Below the pieces are notes generated by a model. The model ran no database searches and was not told the DNA's origin. It saw only the letters and a list, made by a program, of their open reading frames with translations. DNA of 64,000 nucleotides from Batkoa obscura. Lineage: Eukaryota. Positions 1 through 12,462 of this stretch are shown one piece after another. Within the stretch, counting starts at the first letter, position 1. Every line of letters begins with the position of its first letter. The position numbers and the translations under genes were made by a program. The DNA lies in NCBI GenBank assembly GCA_030770535.1, contig JASVEC010000001.1, forward strand, positions 1,984,001-2,048,000, given 5' to 3'.

Positions 1-1003
1 TTAGTAAGGGAATTGGATATAGAATCAAAAGCTTCTTTATTTTCTTTTGCTTTCATTAATATAATAATTGTTAAACCTCGAATTTCTTCATCTTTTGAAT
101 ATAAATTATCAATCATCATATTTTTAAAAAGGATGTGATTCGAAAATTGAAATGGAAAATCATACAAAGAAAAGGTTTGAATTATTGGTAAAATGGAATT
201 TTTGAAAACACTCTTTGAATAACCTTTACCTATAGCAAATAAAACATTTAAATATAATAAATACAACTTATCTTTAACTATATTTTTAACATCTTGATTC
301 TTCAAATTACCAATCTCAATAAACATATTTCTAAATAATCCTGAGAATAAAGTAACAGTTTCATCTTGTAATTTTGGTAACGATAAATCTCCAATCGAAG
401 CTAACTTCTTTATTATTGATTCTAAGCATACTTGATTCCGTGTTAAATTGGTTATATTTTTTAATAGATATTGAATCAATTCCTCTTTATATTTCTGATC
501 ATTTTTTAAAATATTTAATAATGCTTCTAAAATTAATACTGGTCCATTAAGTTCATTAAATTGATTAACAAATACTGAGTTTGATTGAGAACTTAATTTT
601 TCTAACTTCTCTACTGCTTCTAACTTTTCCTGTATTCTAACATCTTCATTACATATCTTTAAAAGTAACTCTTTTGGTAATGACTCATCTAAACTTGGGT
701 CTTTGATAGAAATGAGTTTCTTAGTTAGTGCTATAACCTTTGGGTTTTGACCATCAATTGATAATGCTTCTTTTAAAATTGAATGAGCTTCGGAATATTT
801 TTCTTTCTTTAATGAAGCTTCACATTGATCAATTAATTCATTAAGCTTTCCATCAACATCAATGGTTGCTGAATTTATAATTAAATAATTTATTTTAAAT
901 TCTATTATTTACTTACTAGTCTCTACTTTCTTGCTAAGATCTAATTGAATTTAGTTGATTAATTGTTGAATTAATTGACTTGATATTATAAATTACCTTC
1001 CAT
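1..1003 (-). CDS. Partial multi-exon gene running off the left edge; helical TPR/ARM-like protein, possibly UCS (UNC-45/She4) myosin chaperone family
   Basis: Manual splice: ATG at 1003, two tiny exons, then a long exon giving MEDLSKKVETTTIDVDGKLNELIDQCEASLKKEKYSEAHSILKEALSIDGQNPKVIAL... (TPR-like helix pair followed by helical repeats). The family assignment is tentative. Confidence 0.5.
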
Positions 1004-1305
1004 TTATTAAAAAACAATTCTTCTTATTATAAACGTTCTTATTTATAATGACATCGAAAACTACAAATTATAAAGATGCAAATTTTGTGGCAAAAAATAA
1101 AAGTAACCATACTGACAATTAACGTCATATAATAACCCATTTAAGTAATAGAAAATACATAACCATAATGCCGTAAAATAAATGTTTCAATTAATTTATT
1201 AAATCACACAATTATATTAATTTATATATATATCTATGCCTAGTTAAAAGCCAAATACTAAATAGAAATCATATATAACCCAGCTAAACTAAAATTTAGT
1301 GAAAC

Positions 1306-2881
1306 TTAAAGATGAGGAGTGGAGTTATTAGCCCAAGCAACGATGATATTATAAGCAATTGAATGTCTAGTAGGTAAAACTAATTCAATATCTGCAACTT
1401 CGTTATCTGCTTTTGGAGGATCAGACCAAAAAGAAAAAGTGTTGGCTTCGTTACCTATTGCCTTCAACACTTGTTGTCTTGTAAACCATTTGGCATCTAA
1501 ATTGTGATTCAATTACTTGTTTATAAATAAGTCATTTTATTTACCTTCTAATTCCTATTAAAGACAATATAAATAAAGTTATTAAATAATTAAATTAAGA
1601 GTACCTCATCGTCCTTATTTATTTCTTCAGTAACTGCATAGGCATGACAACCAATCATCAAATTACTAGGAAATGGCTATAAGATGTTTTATTTAATATT
1701 TTCAAATTATGAAATATAAGGATTACCCATGGCTGTGATGAAATATACTTAACATTATCAACAACTACCCCAGTCTCTTCAAGTACTTCTCTTTGTATAG
1801 CTTCCTAATTAAATAATTAATTTGAGAAAAGTATTGAATCAACTAAATTACCTCAAGTGATTCTCCAGGCTCAAAAAAACCAGCTACACAAGAATACACT
1901 TTTTTTGGAAATACTGATTTCCTACCTAATAATATTTTTTCTCCATCTTTTGAGATGACACATACAATACCAACAGCGTCTTATTATTTTTATTAATATT
2001 ATTAATAAAACTAGACGTAAAATAATTACCTGTTCTAGGATAACTAAAATTTTGAACTGAATTATTAGCTGTACATGGGATCTCTTGATCTATTGATAAT
2101 CCTAAACATATCCTTTTATAACCAGACTCTCCATAAGCTAAATAAAAATTAGATCAGTTTTAACCAAGTAAATTGATAGTTACCTGTTATAGAACCACAA
2201 CTTGGACAATATTTGCTTTTACTATGCCAGTCAAACTGAATGTTAAATTATTTAATAAAATAAATTAAGTTGAAATAACATCTTACTATTGCTCTAGCTT
2301 GAGATACAATGGCTGCAACTTCAGGCTTTAAACCAAAAGCGGCAGGTCTTAATCTTAAAAACTCATCCCCACTTTTAGTTAATTCTGTTATTTATTTCAT
2401 GATTATAAATAATATCATAATATACAAATAGTTTACCATTTATAAAATCTTCATTTTTTGATAAAAGTTTATTGGTAGCATTTAACTGAAGAGCAAAGTA
2501 GTCGCTGTTTTCTGCTTGATGAAATCCCAAATAGATCAAAATTAAACCATAATCATATTGTAATTTCTTGTAGATTTCTCTCTGTGCTTCTTTTTCAATG
2601 TTTTCGTTATATAATTCAACACCATCAAATAGTCCACTTATATTTTGATAATTTGAAATATATAAACTCTTTGCTCCAGATCGAAATAAAGCTTTATCTT
2701 TGTTGAATAACAACACTTTGCTATTATCCGAAATTAACTTTTTTTTCATAATTGAAAGACGTTCGCGAGAAGGTCCATTTCTAGTTTATATTATTATTTT
2801 TTATTATAGCTAATATTATAATAATTAATTGTTAATAAGGTACCTGTTTAATGGATTACCACCAAAAAAATTGACATTCAT
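1306..2881 (-). CDS. NPY1: NADH pyrophosphatase, NudC/NUDT12-13 family Nudix hydrolase (multi-exon)
   Basis: Spliced exons give FFGGNPLNR, a CPSCG zinc-ribbon half, YPRTD, the Nudix box GFFEPGESLEEAIQREVLEETG and SQPWPFPSNLMIGC. C-terminus is ...STPHL. Confidence 0.92.
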
Positions 2882-3457
2882 TTTAGTATAACTTTTATTG
2901 TTAAAATTGAGTTTCGGCTGGATTAAATGATTAATCGGATTTTTTATAATCATTGTTGACGTATTAGTAATTCAAATGGCTTACTAACAATGTTGGCATT
3001 TGAAATTTTATTTATTGCCTTTTTTTTGCATAGACATTGATTGATTATTTGAAACATTGTAAAAGTTCAATAAACTTACTTTATTTCTTCATATAATGTC
3101 AAATGTCTATCAAATAATAATAATTTATTGTATATAAAAATAAGCTAATATACTATTATATAGAAGATCAAAATGATTATATTGATATAAAAAAATTTAC
3201 ATTCAAATAAAACGATAGAATATTAATAAGAATAGTTAATTTTAAAATTCGTTTTTATTTAGTAATAAATAAATAATAGTATTTTCACATCTTATTAAAC
3301 ATCTTTTATTTAATTGATACATTTTATTTAATTATTTCAAATAATTAAATGTATAAATTATATTTTAAAAATTAGAAACTTGACAGAAATTAAGTTGAAT
3401 AATAAAAAAGTTAAAATATTTAGTTAATGTTAAATATCACAACATAATTGATAATAT

Positions 3458-3554
3458 GGGGATATATTTTTTTGTAAGAATTTTACTAACAATCTTTCCA
3501 ATCAAATAGCGCTTAAAAAATGGAAAAGTGATGAAACCAAAAAAAAACATCCTC
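3458..3554 (+). mobile_element. ~97-bp MITE-like repeat, family A copy 1
   Basis: Near-identical to 32170-32267 (reverse strand) and similar to 30409-30506. Imperfect terminal inverted repeats TATGGGGAT...ATCCTCATA. Confidence 0.75.
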
Positions 3555-4803
3555 ATATAGGTTAATTTAAAAGCTTGGTTCAATTTTTGTCCAATTTAGA
3601 TTTTTATTAAAAATTACGAATTAAGCAATAAGCACTACAAAAGTATTTGCTTTTTTGCCTAATTTTAAAATAACATGTTTGAGCGTTTTTAAAAAAATTT
3701 GCACTACATAGTAAATAAACAAAAAAAGTAAAATAGAAAATTTTGTCCTTGATTTTAACTGAGCTTTCAAACTTACCCATATATGACATATTTAAATTTA
3801 TTATATAAAAAACTATGAAGTATAGACATAAGACATAAGACAGAAGATAGAAGACATGAGATATTAAATATGATAAACAAAATAACATATTATAAAAATA
3901 AAAACTCATTAAATTACCGATTGTTACTTTTAATGATAGGCTTTTAACTATAATAATAATAAAATATATTATCATCATGCTTTATCAGTTATTTCAAACA
4001 AAGTTTAGTTAAAAAATTATGTTAAAAATAAGTGTGAAATTTTAAAATCCAATTTAAATAAGACTACTTTATAAGCACATTTAATTATAAAATAAAATAA
4101 AATATGTTTCAATATAGAATATTATAAAATGGTAATATAATGAACCCCAAATTAATAAATGATATTATAAAAATTAACTAAGTTTAAATATAATATTTTA
4201 TTCGATTTTAAATAGACTAAAAATTAAAGGTAGAGTTAGCAATTCATCAATTTATTTTTAGATACTTTTCAAACGACTTCAAAATCCGCTTTACCAATAA
4301 TATTCAAATAGAATATAAAACTGATGCGAAAATAAAATTTGCATAAATAAAAGCTTTGGGGTGTGTCCTAAGGGATATGCTATATTATTGTACTGTTATT
4401 AAGTGACAACAGAGTTTTCTAGTATTAACTATTAAAATAGTTGTAAAAATTAAGGTATATATTATTATAAATAGTTTACTGTATTATTTTATTTGATAAA
4501 CGTTAAATTAAGTACAAGTTGTCAACTACAGATGATCGTGAAAGGAAGTTGATTAGACCAATTAAAGTTAAATATAGTAACGAAATTTGAATTATAATTC
4601 AGCAGCTAAAAAGAAAGGAACAGAGACAATTATTGGATTAATTGACAAGGGTATGATTTAAAATAAGGAGAGAGTTAAGATTTCTTAAGTATAAAATCAC
4701 CCATAAAATCACTTCTTTTTCAAACTTTTGATTTTTATTTTAACAATTATTTTTTCATTTTAAATTCATTTCAATATTTAATTGAAATAATTATATAACC
4801 AAA

Positions 4804-5735
4804 ATGCAATTAGAAGCCATACCAGTTGGGTTAAAAACCAGTTTTTTTATTTTGGTCAAGAGGATATTGTTTGATAGTAAAGCGTTGAAAAACATATCAA
4901 TATTCTTTCTTATCCGTCCTAAGCAATCCTCCTTTTATAAGATTATTAATTTTGTATTTAATTGTATGGTCTATGCTACGAACTTAGCATACCCTATATT
5001 TAGTTGTCTTAGTATTGATTATGTTTATCGTAAGTATATAAAACATGGGGATTCAACGAAACTAAACAATAAGCCTAAGTCCATAAAATCAAATAATGAA
5101 ACCAAATTAATTAAAGAGAAAGTAGATGATATTGACAATAAAAAGAATTATGATGAGTGTGAAGTTGATTCAAGATTTGTTCATTGGGTTAGAGCAAAAC
5201 CAGTTAAACCAGAATACCGTCCAAAAGGCAAATGGAGAAAGTCTGATTTTAAAAGTAAATTTAATGATAAATTACGATGTACTATTTTAGATAAAGGAGA
5301 TTTATGTAAATCTATTTTATTGTTATTATTTAACAATTAATGTATTTTTTTTAGTATTAGAAAAGTATTTGAAAAAGTTAGAAATACCTGTGTTACTTCC
5401 TATGTATAAAATAACTTACTGTAATACCACATCAAAAAAAGATAGTAATTGATTCTATATCTTTTCAATTTAATATACTAAATGTTTTAGTTCCTAAAGA
5501 TCTTAATGATACATTAAATAAAATTATCGATAAAATAGTAGGTGAAGGAGGTAGAAGGAGAAGTCCAACTAATAAAAAATTAGTTGACCAACTTATAGAT
5601 AATGCAGTAGGTATATCACATATTGAACCCGAGTTATTATTAAAAGGTAGAATACCGCCTACCTCTCCTATTTCATTTAAAAAATCAACACTTCGTTTAA
5701 TCCCCCATCTTAAAAAATATGGCCTGTATTACTAA
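4804..5735 (+). CDS. Hypothetical basic protein, probably 3 exons, no recognisable family
   Basis: ORF from 4804, GT-AG introns near 5306-5354 and ~5404-5490, and an open last exon (PKDLNDTLNKIIDKIVGEGGRRRSP...KKYGLYY*) ending TAA at 5735. Confidence 0.6.
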
Positions 5736-6271
5736 ATTATTAATTTCCTTCTAATATCATTTTCTCTTCAAAAAGAAGAGATAGTTGTAAGGTTGGTGCT
5801 AAAGTGGCATCTTTTTCCTTAAAATCCTTAATAAATTATTACTTATATTTAATTATTTTGTTTGTTGTTGATACTTATAAAATTTAGGGATGTAAAGCAT
5901 CCAGGTGTTTCATTTCTAGAAGAAGTTTAAGGATGAGAGGTTTAACCAAAATGACATTAGTTTTTAATCTTTAGATCCTTTTTAACTATACAATTATAGT
6001 ATTTGTTTTTAATTTTACTTAATGGGATTCAAAAGCTCCTTTATATATGATCAGTTGATATTACGGGAAAATTATGATACATTGTTTTAAATAGATATCT
6101 GAAATACAACTATTGAAGTTAAATGTGTAATTTTGATATTTTCGGCAATTATTTGTTTGCTTCACTTTTTAAAGCTTAATCCATAGATTTTAGAGAAAAT
6201 TATGTCATATTTTATTTTAAATTAACGACTAGTTACCACTCATTTGAGCTTAGATCGCTGTAAAAAAACAT

Positions 6272-6366
6272 TTAGGAAATATTTTTCAAAAATCTTGTTC
6301 AGTTTTTAAGCTGCTCAAAAATTGAAAAATTACAATTAAGTTCTCAAATAAAAAATTGCTTACATT
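6272..6366 (+). mobile_element. Degenerate MITE-like repeat, probable family B copy
   Basis: Loose similarity to 30282-30375 and 61340-61424 (ttgttcagtttttaagctgctcaaaaattgaaaaa versus ttgtccacttttaggagcttaaaattgaaaaaa). Confidence 0.35.
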
Positions 6367-7311
6367 GAAAATTTCTTTATAAAATTATAACTATAAAGTT
6401 AAAATCTATAATATCGGAATATATTACATTTTTTCTACTAACAAATAGAAATATACTGGGTGGATATATAAGATACCGGTTACACCACTTCATTATCAAA
6501 TACTCTTTAAGATGAATAAATATCTTAGTTTTCACCATTATAAATATCAAGTAATAAACGAGTTCAAAAATACGGTTTATAGTTATATGCAGGAATTTAT
6601 AAAATAAATAAAGCATTAATGAATCAGATAATAGATTATTTAAAATATATTTAGTAAATGCAGGTAAGTCTATGTTCTAGCACTTATTAAATAGTAATTA
6701 ATAAGAATCTATATTGATAGTAGGTAAACAAGGGTATATTGGCTTTATTGACTCTTCTATAAGTAAAACATTAAAATGAATTTAACAATTTATTTAGCAT
6801 TAAGGGTAAACAAAGATTTCAACTAATTAAACAAATGATACTTCATGATCTAAAAGGTGGGAAGAAAAAAATCACTTCTGAAATCAAGGGGGAAGAAAGG
6901 GCATTTAATGCTCAAAATTTTTATAATTAAAGAATGATTTATTATAAATAGCAATAGTTGGTACAGGAGTGTTGTTTAATAAATATTCTAAGTTCTCACT
7001 ATCCTTAATTTTCAATATTTCTGCCCTTTTTTTGTATTACAACCACTTTGTTACCTTTATTGGCAACTCACCAATAAAAAATGTAGTTAATCAACACTTT
7101 TAGTTACAACAAATTTGATTGGTTAAGTTCCTTGGAAACTTCCTATTAAGTCTAATCTTAAAAGCATTAAAATAAGAGAAGGCTTATTATCATAGTGATA
7201 ATAGAAGAATAAACTTGAAGTTAACTACCAAAATTTTGCTTAAAAAGCTGAGATTGCATTTATAAATAAACTAAAGTTAATTTTATTTTTTTTACTTTTT
7301 ATTTAAAAAAT

Positions 7312-8172
7312 ATGACAATAGAATTAAAATCAAATTCCCAGACTATAAACCCCTCAGCTAAGCCTGAGAATAATAGCAACTTCTTGTTGATGGCTTTGAT
7401 CAATGCCATCGTCTTCTTCCCAGCTTTAGCAATTGGTATTTGCCAGATTATCAAACAAATATTCTTTCCAGTAGCCAAACCAAAAGTTGAAGATAAAACC
7501 GAAAAAGTTAAAGAAAAGCCTAGAGATTGCGATATTGAAAAGTTACTTGGGCTTAAAAAGATCCATGACCATAAACTGAAAATGAGAAAGTTAAGAGATA
7601 AAGAAAACAATAAAGTATTGAAAAAATTTAATCCATTGAAACCTAATTCCTTTATCAAAAGCAATAATGGGTTTGAAATACCCATCTTCCCTGTTTATGA
7701 AAAGAGACCCGTCTGTCATCAAGTTGCAAGCCTACAGCACTTGATTCATGCTCCACATCCATTGGACCATTTTCTTCAAACTTATGATTTTGAAGCTAAC
7801 AACGTCCATGACAAGAAATGTAAAGAATTTATACTTACTTATACTGAGGCTTTATATGCCTTATTAAAAGGTTTATCCAACTATGAGCTATTCCAAGAGT
7901 ATAAAATTGCTCTATGTAGAAATTATCCAAAGGTACCAGCTTGTCTTTTGACTGCTGGTTTAGATCACATATCTTCAAGAAATGAAATGCTTCCCAGTCA
8001 TCGTGACACTGTGATCTTTCAAATGTTAGTTGAAGCAAATGCAATTGCCCAATGTGACCCCTGTTCAATTGTAACTTGTTTAGAGTCCCCTTTTGGTATG
8101 CAAGCAAACTTTTACAACCGTTGCATGCATCTCAAAAGTGTGTATAGAGAATTGAGACATTATTATGTTTAA
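7312..8172 (+). CDS. Hypothetical 286-aa single-exon protein with an N-terminal hydrophobic segment
   Basis: Long ORF with coding-like composition. Hydrophobic FLLMALINAIVFFPALAIGICQII, then a Lys-rich linker and a helical C-terminal domain. Confidence 0.75.
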   Translation: MTIELKSNSQTINPSAKPENNSNFLLMALINAIVFFPALAIGICQIIKQIFFPVAKPKVEDKTEKVKEKPRDCDIEKLLGLKKIHDHKLKMRKLRDKENNKVLKKFNPLKPNSFIKSNNGFEIPIFPVYEKRPVCHQVASLQHLIHAPHPLDHFLQTYDFEANNVHDKKCKEFILTYTEALYALLKGLSNYELFQEYKIALCRNYPKVPACLLTAGLDHISSRNEMLPSHRDTVIFQMLVEANAIAQCDPCSIVTCLESPFGMQANFYNRCMHLKSVYRELRHYYV

Positions 8173-8718
8173 ATTAAGTGGCGCTTATATATAGCCATTG
8201 TGTATTGTATTTTATATTTTTATAGCTTGAAGCTAGCTTTTACATATCCAGTTTGGTAATAACTAATTTTGGCTTAATAAATTTTTTTTGATCTTAATTT
8301 CTCCGTTTTTTGTAATTTTTGAAGATTGTATTATCCCATAGAAATTAGCTTTGGCGTTTGATTGGTTACTAAAAAGCGTGACTTGATTACCAAACGATAA
8401 GTGTAAATTTATCTGTTTTAGAAATGATGACTAAATTGTGATTTTAAAAGAAATGCCTTGTAATTTAAAAATCGTAATAACTATGATATTTGAATTCATT
8501 TACATAATAAATTATTATTCCATTAACATTATTAAAACTTATTAAGTGTATCATAATTATAAAATAAATTTTTAACAATTACAATTTATTCAAACATGTT
8601 AACGAAATTGAAATAATCTCATATTTTACTTTTAAATGATTTAATTATTCTTTAGAAATACATTTTAACATCTATATTGCTATTTAGGCTATACTATTAT
8701 TATTGTTTATATTAGAAC

Positions 8719-8757
8719 TTTAATTTAATTTAAAAATTGTTTTTAAATTAAATTAAA
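8719..8757. repeat. Perfect 18-bp AT-only inverted repeat with a 3-nt loop
   Basis: TTTAATTTAATTTAAAAA-TTG-TTTTTAAATTAAATTAAA, lying between two convergent genes. Confidence 0.8.
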
Positions 8758-8900
8758 ATAAAATAAATTATTAAACAACTAATTTAAAATAAAGTAAACA
8801 ACATTATTGGGAAAATATTTATTTGAAATAATCAACTTTTAAAAAACAAGAAAATAGACATTTAATATTGAAATGCTTTTATAATATCAATAGACAAAGA

Positions 8901-11223
8901 TTAAGCAGATAAGGAATTGGGATGGAATTTCTCAAAAGCAAGTTTACCTTTAGCAGATTCGTCAACTTTAGCTAAAATCAAAGCGGTACGAGTAGGGAGA
9001 TAAGCTTGGAGGTGATGATCTCTACCGTGCCATGGTTCAGGGGCGGTAAAGAAGACGGAGGTATCATGTTGGATACGACCAAACCCCCCAAACTCTTTAG
9101 AATCGGAATCCAAAAGGATTTGGTATTTTCCTGGATTATGAACTCCAATCCGATAATCAGTAAAAGATTTACTGTCATGAAAGTTAAATATAAATAATAG
9201 GTTTGCTCTTTCAAATACAATTACACGATCGTCTTGATGCTTTAAGGATATATAGCCTTGAGGGGAAGATAACCAACCATACTCTTTTTCGGTGTTATTC
9301 ATAGCTGAATCAAAGCTATAGAGGTATCTATAACGAAGTAATTGATTATCTGCCAAGTTAAACTGACGACGTGCATAATGGAAGGTTGAACCATTACCTT
9401 CTCTTGGAAAATCTAACCATTCTGGATGTCCAAACTCATTACCTTCAAAATTTAAATAACCTTCGCCGCCTAATCCATGAGTAAGTAAACGAATCATTTT
9501 ATGGAGTGCTAAACCACGCTCAATAGTAGGGGTTAAAGCAGTAAGATCTGACATATTGGTATACATCTCTGCATCCATTAACCAAAAAGCAATAGTTTTA
9601 TCTCCAACTAAGGCTTGATCATGAGACTCACAATAAGCAATTGTTTTTTCCAAATGACGACGATTTGTTAAAGTATGTACAATGTGACCAAAGTCCCATT
9701 CATCATCTTTAAGCTCTTTGAGGTATTTGATCCACATATCTGGAACAGCCATCCCAAGTCTGTAATCAAAGCCAACACCACCTTCAGAAGTTGGACGACA
9801 AAGACCTGGCATACCACTTACATCTTCAGCAATGGTAATGCAAGTTGGGTATAACTCATGCAAAATCTTGTTGGCCAACATAAGGTAGGTAACAGCCTCT
9901 TCATCGACGCCTCTTAAGAAGTACTCATCATAGTGGCCAGAAAAGCCAACGCCGATACCGTGATGGGAATAAAGCATCGAAGTTACACCATCAAAACGGA
10001 AACCATCCAAATGATATTCATCCATATAAAATCTCAAATTGGAAAGTAAAAATCGAAGGGTTTCATAACTCCCATAATTGAAAAGACGCGAGTTCCAAAG
10101 CTCATGTCTTCCTTTAGGCCCTTCGTGGAAATAATGATGATCAGAACCGTCGAATTGATTAAGCCCATCCAAAACATTATTCGAAGCATGAGAATGAACC
10201 ATATCTAGCAATACTACTAATCCTAAAGAATGAGCTTTGTCTACAACGTATTTAAAATCAAGGGGAGTGCCATATCTAGAAGAGGTGGCAAAGAATGAAG
10301 TGACTTGGTACCCAAAACTTGCGTAATAAGCATGTTCCATAATAGCCATCATTTGAACTGCGTTGTACCCAAGCTTTGCGATGCGAGGTAAAATGTTATC
10401 AGCAAATTCCCTATAAGTGCATACTTTACCTTCAGGTGAACTTATACCAACGTGGGCTTCATAGATACGTAGTGAACCATTCTGAGCCCCTTTTTTACGA
10501 TTTTCAACTGTTGGATTCTTGTCGTGTTTCCAAACATATTCTTCAGCTGGGTTCCAAAATCTTGAATCATAAATTGGGCTTACATTTAAGTCTTGGGTTA
10601 CATAGCGAGACCAGGCTGGTAATCTGTCAATCATTTCACCATTTGGGGTTAAGAACGATACCTTAAAAATTAATTATCTACACTAAACAGCTTTAGAAAA
10701 TTCTTTTACTTTGACTTTAGAGTTGTGAGGGATTGCAGGAGCATTAGATACGTTTGGAATTTCAATAGTAAATAAACCAAATTTATCTTTTTTCATGGGG
10801 TGAGCTTTACGATCCCAATTATTAAAGTCACCAATCAAGGAAGCTTGGACGGCATTTGGGGCCCATTCACGATATATAACTGAATTTTTGGTCACTTGAA
10901 AACCATATCTTTCATAACTTTTGGTGAATTTGTCAATGCTTCCATCTCCAGATTTAAAATTATTAATCCATTCATCAACTTTGGAAATTCTATTTAAATT
11001 AAATATTATTTTAAAAATATGGTGTTTTGCAGTTGAATAATAGAGTTTTAATAATAAAATATAGTTACCTTGAATTAATTATGTTAGCATATGGCTTTAA
11101 CCAAGGGTCCAAGTTCACTAAGCCAGGTAAATTGGTCTCTTCTTGGACAGCTTGTTGCTTCAATTTGTCATTAGATACCGGTTTGCTATTTTTGGAGGTT
11201 AAGTTTTTATTTATAGACATCAT
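8901..11223 (-). CDS. GLC3: 1,4-alpha-glucan branching enzyme (GH13), 3 exons
   Basis: Motifs [54 protein letters not shown] and [14 protein letters not shown]. Confidence 0.97.
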
Positions 11224-12462
11224 AGCTAATAAATATTGAATTAAAATTTATTGTTTAAAGAGTATTGTTATCGCTTTTATACTCTTTTTCGTTTTTTTTC
11301 GAAACAAATTACAAAAATTGATTACATTTTATAAGCGAAATGATGTAACGTTCTTATCCCTAAATTCCCTCCCTTATCTCTGGATTATATGATAAAAATC
11401 TTAGGATGATGGAATATAGAATAAATTTATATTACTAAAATGAGTGAATAATAAAATATTAAACGAATGATTTTTATACAAATTATATATACGTTATTTA
11501 AATGCTTATAATATAAAGTAGCAGTTAAATCATACCTTTCTCAATTACTAAAAAAAACTGATTTAAGCAACAATTAAATTTGTTATCTACTTATTTTAAA
11601 AATATACTTTTAAATATAACTATTTTGTGCCATGCTTTTTTTTAAAATAATGAAAGATTAGAAATTCTGAATACATCAGCTTTATTATTTAAAAGTCTTA
11701 ATTGTAATTCATCGCTTTAAACTGTACCAGTTTATATATAGCTGTAATTTGAGTTAATATAACATTGGTATGAAGAATAGGGTTTATATAAACTGATTAT
11801 AATTAGATAGCAATGTTAACATTGATGTGCAAATCATGATAACAGCACGTATTTTATTTATACATAATAAAAGCAGAGTTTTGGAGTGAAATTTAGTTCT
11901 ATTAATTTAAACCATAAAACTGTGGCCGGATGCCTCAGCTTAAAAATAGAGTTCAAATAATAAATTCACCTTTAATTAATTCCATATGAATGGATTAATT
12001 GTTCCATATAAGTAAACTACAGTTCATCTTTTATGAATAGAACCACTACTTGGAATAAATAATGATATTAAGCAAAGTATCGTTATACTCTCTTTGTATT
12101 ATACTCTGTTTATTTGATACTTTACGATGCAATATCAGAAGCATTTAATTAATAAGGTTGTTATAATTTTTCAAACATTACAAACTTTAATTCAATTAAG
12201 TATATTCCAGTCTAAAATTTACCACATTTTGATTTAAAACTAAAAATTTCACGTCATTGCTCCTCAATTCAAGCTAATTTCTAAAACTTTAAAATTTATC
12301 TTATTACCAAATTAATAAATACCTGTGATTTGCTTTATAATACCCCAAATTAATATTTATTTAAAACTGGTTACTTTAATTTTAATCAGAACTAAAAGCC
12401 ACTGCAAAAAATTTATTACAAAACTTAATAAGAATAAAGTTAATCCTTTAGAAACTAATATT

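Noticed and set aside
3607..3978. 123-aa hydrophobic ORF on the - strand
   Set aside because: AT-rich low-complexity frame through a 7-bp AGACATA tandem repeat; no domain or coding signature.
6377..6616. 79-aa ORF
   Set aside because: I/F/Y/K composition typical of chance ORFs in AT-rich DNA.
12325..12462. 5' extension of the BEM3 ORF from a GTG start (likewise 22265 for MGE1 and 63309 for the secreted protein)
   Set aside because: Non-ATG or poorly supported upstream starts; downstream ATGs give coherent N-termini.
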